Positions 61,101 through 64,000 of a stretch of 64,000 bases of DNA are shown one piece after another. A program made the position numbers and the translations under genes. Numbering within the stretch: position 1 is the stretch's first letter; each line of letters opens with the position of its first letter. This DNA is from Lingula anatina (Eukaryota > Animalia > Brachiopoda). The notes beneath the pieces were generated by a model. That model was not told where the DNA came from, searched no databases, and saw only the letters and a list, made by a program, of their open reading frames with translations. The DNA is taken from positions 6,262,001 to 6,326,000 of the forward strand of contig CM120642.1 of NCBI GenBank assembly GCA_051362555.1, read 5' to 3'.

Positions 61101-64000
61101 AATGTCTGAAAACATGGATCAGGTCTTGCACTGGATCTGTGCAAAGCACCCATGTGAGGGCCAGTTGATACTTGAAGTGTTTGGATAGGGTGACCTGCCT
61201 TCAGCCAAGGGCCAATTACCAACCTTCCTGCTGAGAATGGGACTGTGTTCACTTGGTTTTGAGTCTACAGGGAAAAGCTGGGGTTACTTTCTTACAAAAT
61301 TGGCAACATTCAGTCGCTCCACATGAAATTGCATCTTGGGAACTTGAAGAATTTCCGGACTATTCTGCTCAGCCCTATTTGAGGTGGTGCGTATTTACGT
61401 CTGCCTGAGTGATATTATTTTAGCAAATGAAGGAACACTTTTTTTTCAATTGGATCTATATAAGCTGTTATTCTTATCAAAAGTTTAAAGGTGCATGATG
61501 AAGAGCTGAATAAAAGCAAGGTCAGGGGGTCTAAGCACAGTGTGGGCAATTTGGTTCCTAAAATGTTCCATTAAAAAAAAAAGACTCCCAAGTTTGGTGT
61601 TTTATGTGCAACCACATTCTATGTATTGATTTATATGGACAAATTTACAGTAAGGGCATTAAATTCAAGTTCCGTTCTGGTCAGTAATTGGTGCAGATCA
61701 ACTACCCTCAGGAGCTAGTTTCACAAGATAATTTCAGATCGCAATTTGGTCTAAACTTTAAGACCCAAATTTTTGTCTATGATAAACCATGATAAATCAG
61801 CACCAGTTCACCTAAATGATATATTGTGCTTGTTTTATATATATATATATATAAAAAAAAGAAAATAGCTAATGTTTTAAACCCTTACTCAGGATTTGTG
61901 TTGAAATGGGCAAATAATTCAGTGTGAAAGTTGAGACACACATTCTCAGGTTGTTTAATGAAATAGGGCCCTGGTTAGAAATGCAAGGAGGGCACAGGAA
62001 AGGCCAGAAGAGGGTGGGTGTTACACATATCCGCATTGCAATACTAGAGAATCTGACAACAAAATAGCCAGATTATTGAGTAAGAGAGTCACCTAATCAG
62101 AGCCCCTCTGTTTGGTACAGTATTCAGTTGAAGTTATATGTTGATGGTTTGCATCTTCTTTAAGAAAATTATTGGGTGAATTACATTACAAAATCACTTC
62201 TGGTTCAAATGACATTCCAAATACATGGTTCTGTGATATAGATTTGCTTTAGTCTTGCACTGTTGGGTGAGTGAATGAAATTTCCTCCTGCATAGTGAAG
62301 ATGGACAAGAGTAGCTTGTCACAAAGGATAAGTATTTGCCAGTGAACAGCATCTGTTGACGCAGATTTTAAAAATTGGATGAAAAGTTTTCAAAGCTACA
62401 TATTTTTCCATGTGAACAATGAGCATTACAGATGGAGGGATATTTTGGCCAGTGAACATTTGAGCTTTGATTTCATTTTAACGAAAAACTTGAGAAGAGG
62501 CAAGCAGGAAAGTGGTTTCTTAGTTTTGAAACAGAATGCACATAACAGCTGTGAGCCTTATTGGTTGTTTTTAACTGAGACTATAATAAATTGAAAGTTA
62601 ATTATTGTTTTTCATACCTTTCATGTTTCATGTTTCTTTTGTAGTAGAATTTTTTCCTCTCACATTTGCAATGACCAAGTGCAATTTAAATTGGATTGAG
62701 TTGTAAACTTCTAAATAGAGATTGAAAAGGTCTCAAAGAAGAAAATTCAAAGGGGTTTCTGAGGAAAAAAAAGCAAAATTCCCATGGTGTCCTTTGTTTG
62801 AAAAGTGGATGGAAAGCATAGTTTACATGCTGATGTTACATGTGAATACACATTAAGCACAGTATTTGTGATTTTTAAATCTGCCCTCTAAAATATTAGG
62901 TGGGCAAACTTGATTAGTTGTCAAATGCCACATATCTTTGGCCCAGTCAAGGATTAAGTCAAGAACGGGCGTGGGCTTTAAAAATACAGCTTGCAGCTTG
63001 TGTCTCGTTTATATATAGAACCCATAAAAAACAGAAAACATTTATTGTAGCACTTACACTGCTTCTTTATAACATTCCAGTACAATGAACTTTCAGCAGT
63101 TTTTTTGTTCACTCTCTGCATTCTAATGCTTGTCCTGATCAATGTGTCTGGTGGATTTGGTGTCTGGGAATCCTTTTTTTTTTAAGTATATAAAAACATC
63201 CAGTTGTCTTAATTGCATGTTTTTCAGATAAAATAGATGGAAAAATCTTTGGATATAGTTCTATGTTACTTATAGAATGATGTCAATTGAATTATCTTTA
63301 GTGCAAATTTATATTAACTTTACTTAATAATTACAAAAAATGCACTTAAGTTATAGAATTAGCTGCAGGTACTTTTTATGTCTTCTTGCATTTATCTTGC
63401 TCCAAGTTTTACCAAATGTCATTGGACTCGATTACTTTGTTCAGGAGAGTAGATTAAGTGGGCGTAGCCAGTTGGTCAATTTGGAACTTGTATAGTCAGC
63501 TGTTACTTGAGGCTGTTTTTTTTCTCTTTGGACTTCCTGTCAGATTACCTTAGAAAGGCCGAGAGTAATACAGATCTTTACAAGAGGATATCTAAGATCA
63601 AACTGACATATCCTCCCCTTCCCTCCCCCAGTCATTCCTCTCTCTTTAATTGAAATACTGGGAACAAGCTCTCCCAGCCAATGGTGGGTCAATAGTGACC
63701 AGCCGATTTGGCAAACTTGAAAGTTGCAAAATTTCTGATTTTGGCTTTTGATCAAAAGGATGGTTACTTAGAATCCAGGTTAACAAAATAAACAAGAACG
63801 TAGCTGTCTTATTTATGTGTTGTGTAGTGCAAACACATTGGCCTTTTTCTGATTCTGGGTCAAAACCCTGTGGATAGGTGGAAGATGGTGTGTAGAAACT
63901 TGTCTTGCGAAAATACGAGGGGATTTGATCGGAGTGTTCTTTGTACTACCTGCTGCATATTTTGGATGGTTACTTTGTCATTACAAGGATGAAATTCTGC

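Overview
AT-rich, intron-containing animal (invertebrate-type) genomic DNA; most entries in the ORF track are intronic or microsatellite noise. Manual splicing and translation support: (1) the last three coding exons of MRPL28 (+, 10064-10929), including a 19-nt micro-exon; (2) a complete 4-exon SNAPIN gene (-, 13518-14822, 134 aa); (3) a 5-exon secreted cystine-knot (spaetzle/neurotrophin-like) precursor (-, 15824-17957, 209 aa) with a signal peptide, an RKKR site, a GC-AG intron and a very Trp/Tyr-rich mature domain; (4) a complete 9-exon ALAD gene (-, 21282-41947, 340 aa) with a His-rich N-terminal extension; (5) an intronless 94-codon gene nested in ALAD intron 1 (-, 33586-33870) with its own TATA box and a dense upstream CAGGTA/AP-1 motif cluster; (6) the probable 5' end of a large + strand gene (candidate promoter near 43.15 kb, signal-peptide exon 52338-52488). 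Several MITE-like elements (TIR/TSD), a decayed RTE-like LINE end, tandem repeats and microsatellites are also present. Family assignments come from recalled sequence knowledge; no database search was run.
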